Assembly (NCBI RefSeq): GCF_009914755.1
Contig: NC_060929.1
Direction: 5' to 3' (one strand)
Length of the DNA stretch: 64,000 nucleotides
DNA from: the human T2T-CHM13v2.0 reference genome, Homo sapiens
The notes beneath the pieces are model-generated. The model was not told the origin of the DNA. It ran no database searches and saw only the letters and a list, made by a program, of their open reading frames with translations. Below, piece after piece: positions 1 to 64,000 of this stretch (position 1 is its first letter; every line of letters begins with the position of its first letter). The translations under genes and the position numbers were made by a program.

Positions 1-129
1 CAGATTTTCTTTTACACAACTGAATCATGGTTTCAATACAGTTTTGTATCCTTTGGTAATTAACATTTCAGAAATATTTTTCTGAAATATTTAGTGTGAT
101 TCCATTTTTCTTAAAAAAAAAAAATGTAC

Positions 130-423
130 ATCAGGTGTGGTGGCTCACACCTGTAAGCCCAGCCCTTTGGGAGGCTGAGGCGGGCTAATCACCTGAGCCC
201 AGGAATTTGAAACAAGCCTGGGCAACATGGCAAGATCTGGTCTCTACAAAAAATGAAAAAATTAGCTGGGCATAGTGTGCACCTGTAGTCCCAGCTACTC
301 AGGAGGCTGAGGTGGGAGGATCACCTGAGCCTTGGGGGTCAAGGCTGCAGTGAGCTATGATCATGTCACTGTACTCTAGCCTGGGCGACAGAGCATGACC
401 CTGTCTCAAAAAAAAAAAAAAAA
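130..423 (+). mobile_element. Alu (AluJ-like)
   Basis: dimeric Alu with A tail. Confidence 0.9.
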
Positions 424-486
424 TTCTCATCTGCATTTAGGATTTTTAGAAAATCTCCTCTAGTTAGAAGTACAAAAAATGAAGTT

Positions 487-797
<311 letters not shown>

Positions 798-872
798 TAA
801 TTTCCATTTGTTTATTACAAAGTTTGAACTGTTTATTGTAAGTAGATAAATTGTAGCAAATTAAATTCACAG

Positions 873-61853
<60,981 letters not shown>

Positions 61854-62468
61854 GTATGTGATAACTACTGTATTTTATAGTTTGTATGAGATGGGTTGGA
61901 TATGAGATTCAACTAGGGAAAACATAGTAATTTGTTATTTTTATTTGATGTCAGAAATTATTTTAGAGCAACTCCCATCCTTCTCTCCATCGTGTTCCTC
62001 CATAATGGAAGAAGAAAAGGTGTTGAGTCAGGAAGTTACAGTTAGATTAGTACAGAGCCATTGAACTAACCATAAATGGACACTTAATAGCCATTCCTTT
62101 AATCTAGAGACCCTTCTGACTTGTGGAAGCAAAAGGAAGCAGTGCTGACACCCACAAGAATTTAAGGAACTGTAAAACTAGAATTTGTTCACATGTTTCA
62201 TTTCTATGTCTCCTGAAGCTGTCCAATGGCAAGTATTGGGATGGAAAACTCTGTAAACCTGTATCAAAGACTTTGTAAAAATATTGGGGTGACTTAAGAT
62301 CTTGACAAAGAGAAGGCTGGTGAGCATCTGTTGAACAGCATGAGCCTTTGGAAGGGGTACTTTTGTAAAGAACATCTTTAAACTTTTTAAAAACATTTTG
62401 TATTATTTGTTAGAATTATTTTCTGAGATCAAGATATCAGTCTAGCTTATCATTGCCAAAGTCGTGGG

Positions 62469-63620
<1,152 letters not shown>

Positions 63621-64000
63621 GATATGTTTTCTTTAGGTGCTGTTTTGTCATGGGTCTGTCTATTCTTATGCAAATAATTAAAGTATTTTTACTTTATTTA
63701 GTGACAGATTTAACCATATTATATTTTTCTTTATTAAAATTTTTCATGGAAATTAGGATGAAGTAATGGATTATGGGTACACTGTAATTTACCTAATTAT
63801 ATCTAGTGTGGTATATTTAGTTGCTTCCTATTTTATTATTATAACTAATGCTACAAAGGTTATCTTAGTCATAAAACTCCTACTATGTTTAGGATTATTT
63901 ACTTAATGTAACAGCATAGAAGTGAAATTTTTGGGTCAGTGATTGTGAACATATTTAAAGCTCAATATTTATTGCCACGTTGCTTTTCAAACAGATCATA

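Noticed and set aside
65-88. 10-bp inverted repeat atttcagaaa/tttctgaaat
   Set aside because: AT-rich and short; expected by chance in 64 kb

Overview
Human genomic DNA: the central and 3' part of BDP1 (TFIIIB150/TFNR, the B-double-prime subunit of RNA polymerase III factor TFIIIB, 5q13.2) on the + strand. I spliced 25 consecutive GT-AG coding exons (873-61853, 5787 nt, 1929 codons) into one open frame. By recollection of the 39-exon, 2624-aa protein these are exons 14-38, aa ~653-2581; the exon and aa numbering is inferred. The introns hold about 65 Alu pieces, two antisense SVAs with TSDs, old L1/L2/MIR/MaLR/Tigger/MER fragments and a processed HMGN1 pseudogene. Best leads: (1) a six-fold repeated two-exon module (phase 0-2 then 2-0) whose second exon carries an RxR[FL]xKPKPN-type motif, possibly a multivalent docking array tuned by intronic read-through isoforms; (2) a templated insertion inside an Alu copied from 1.2 kb downstream; (3) an orphan 147-bp insert; (4) SVA cryptic-exon and hexamer potential; (5) deeply nested retroelements in intron 26. 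No tRNA, rRNA or CRISPR features. Repeat boundaries and subfamilies were read by eye and are approximate.
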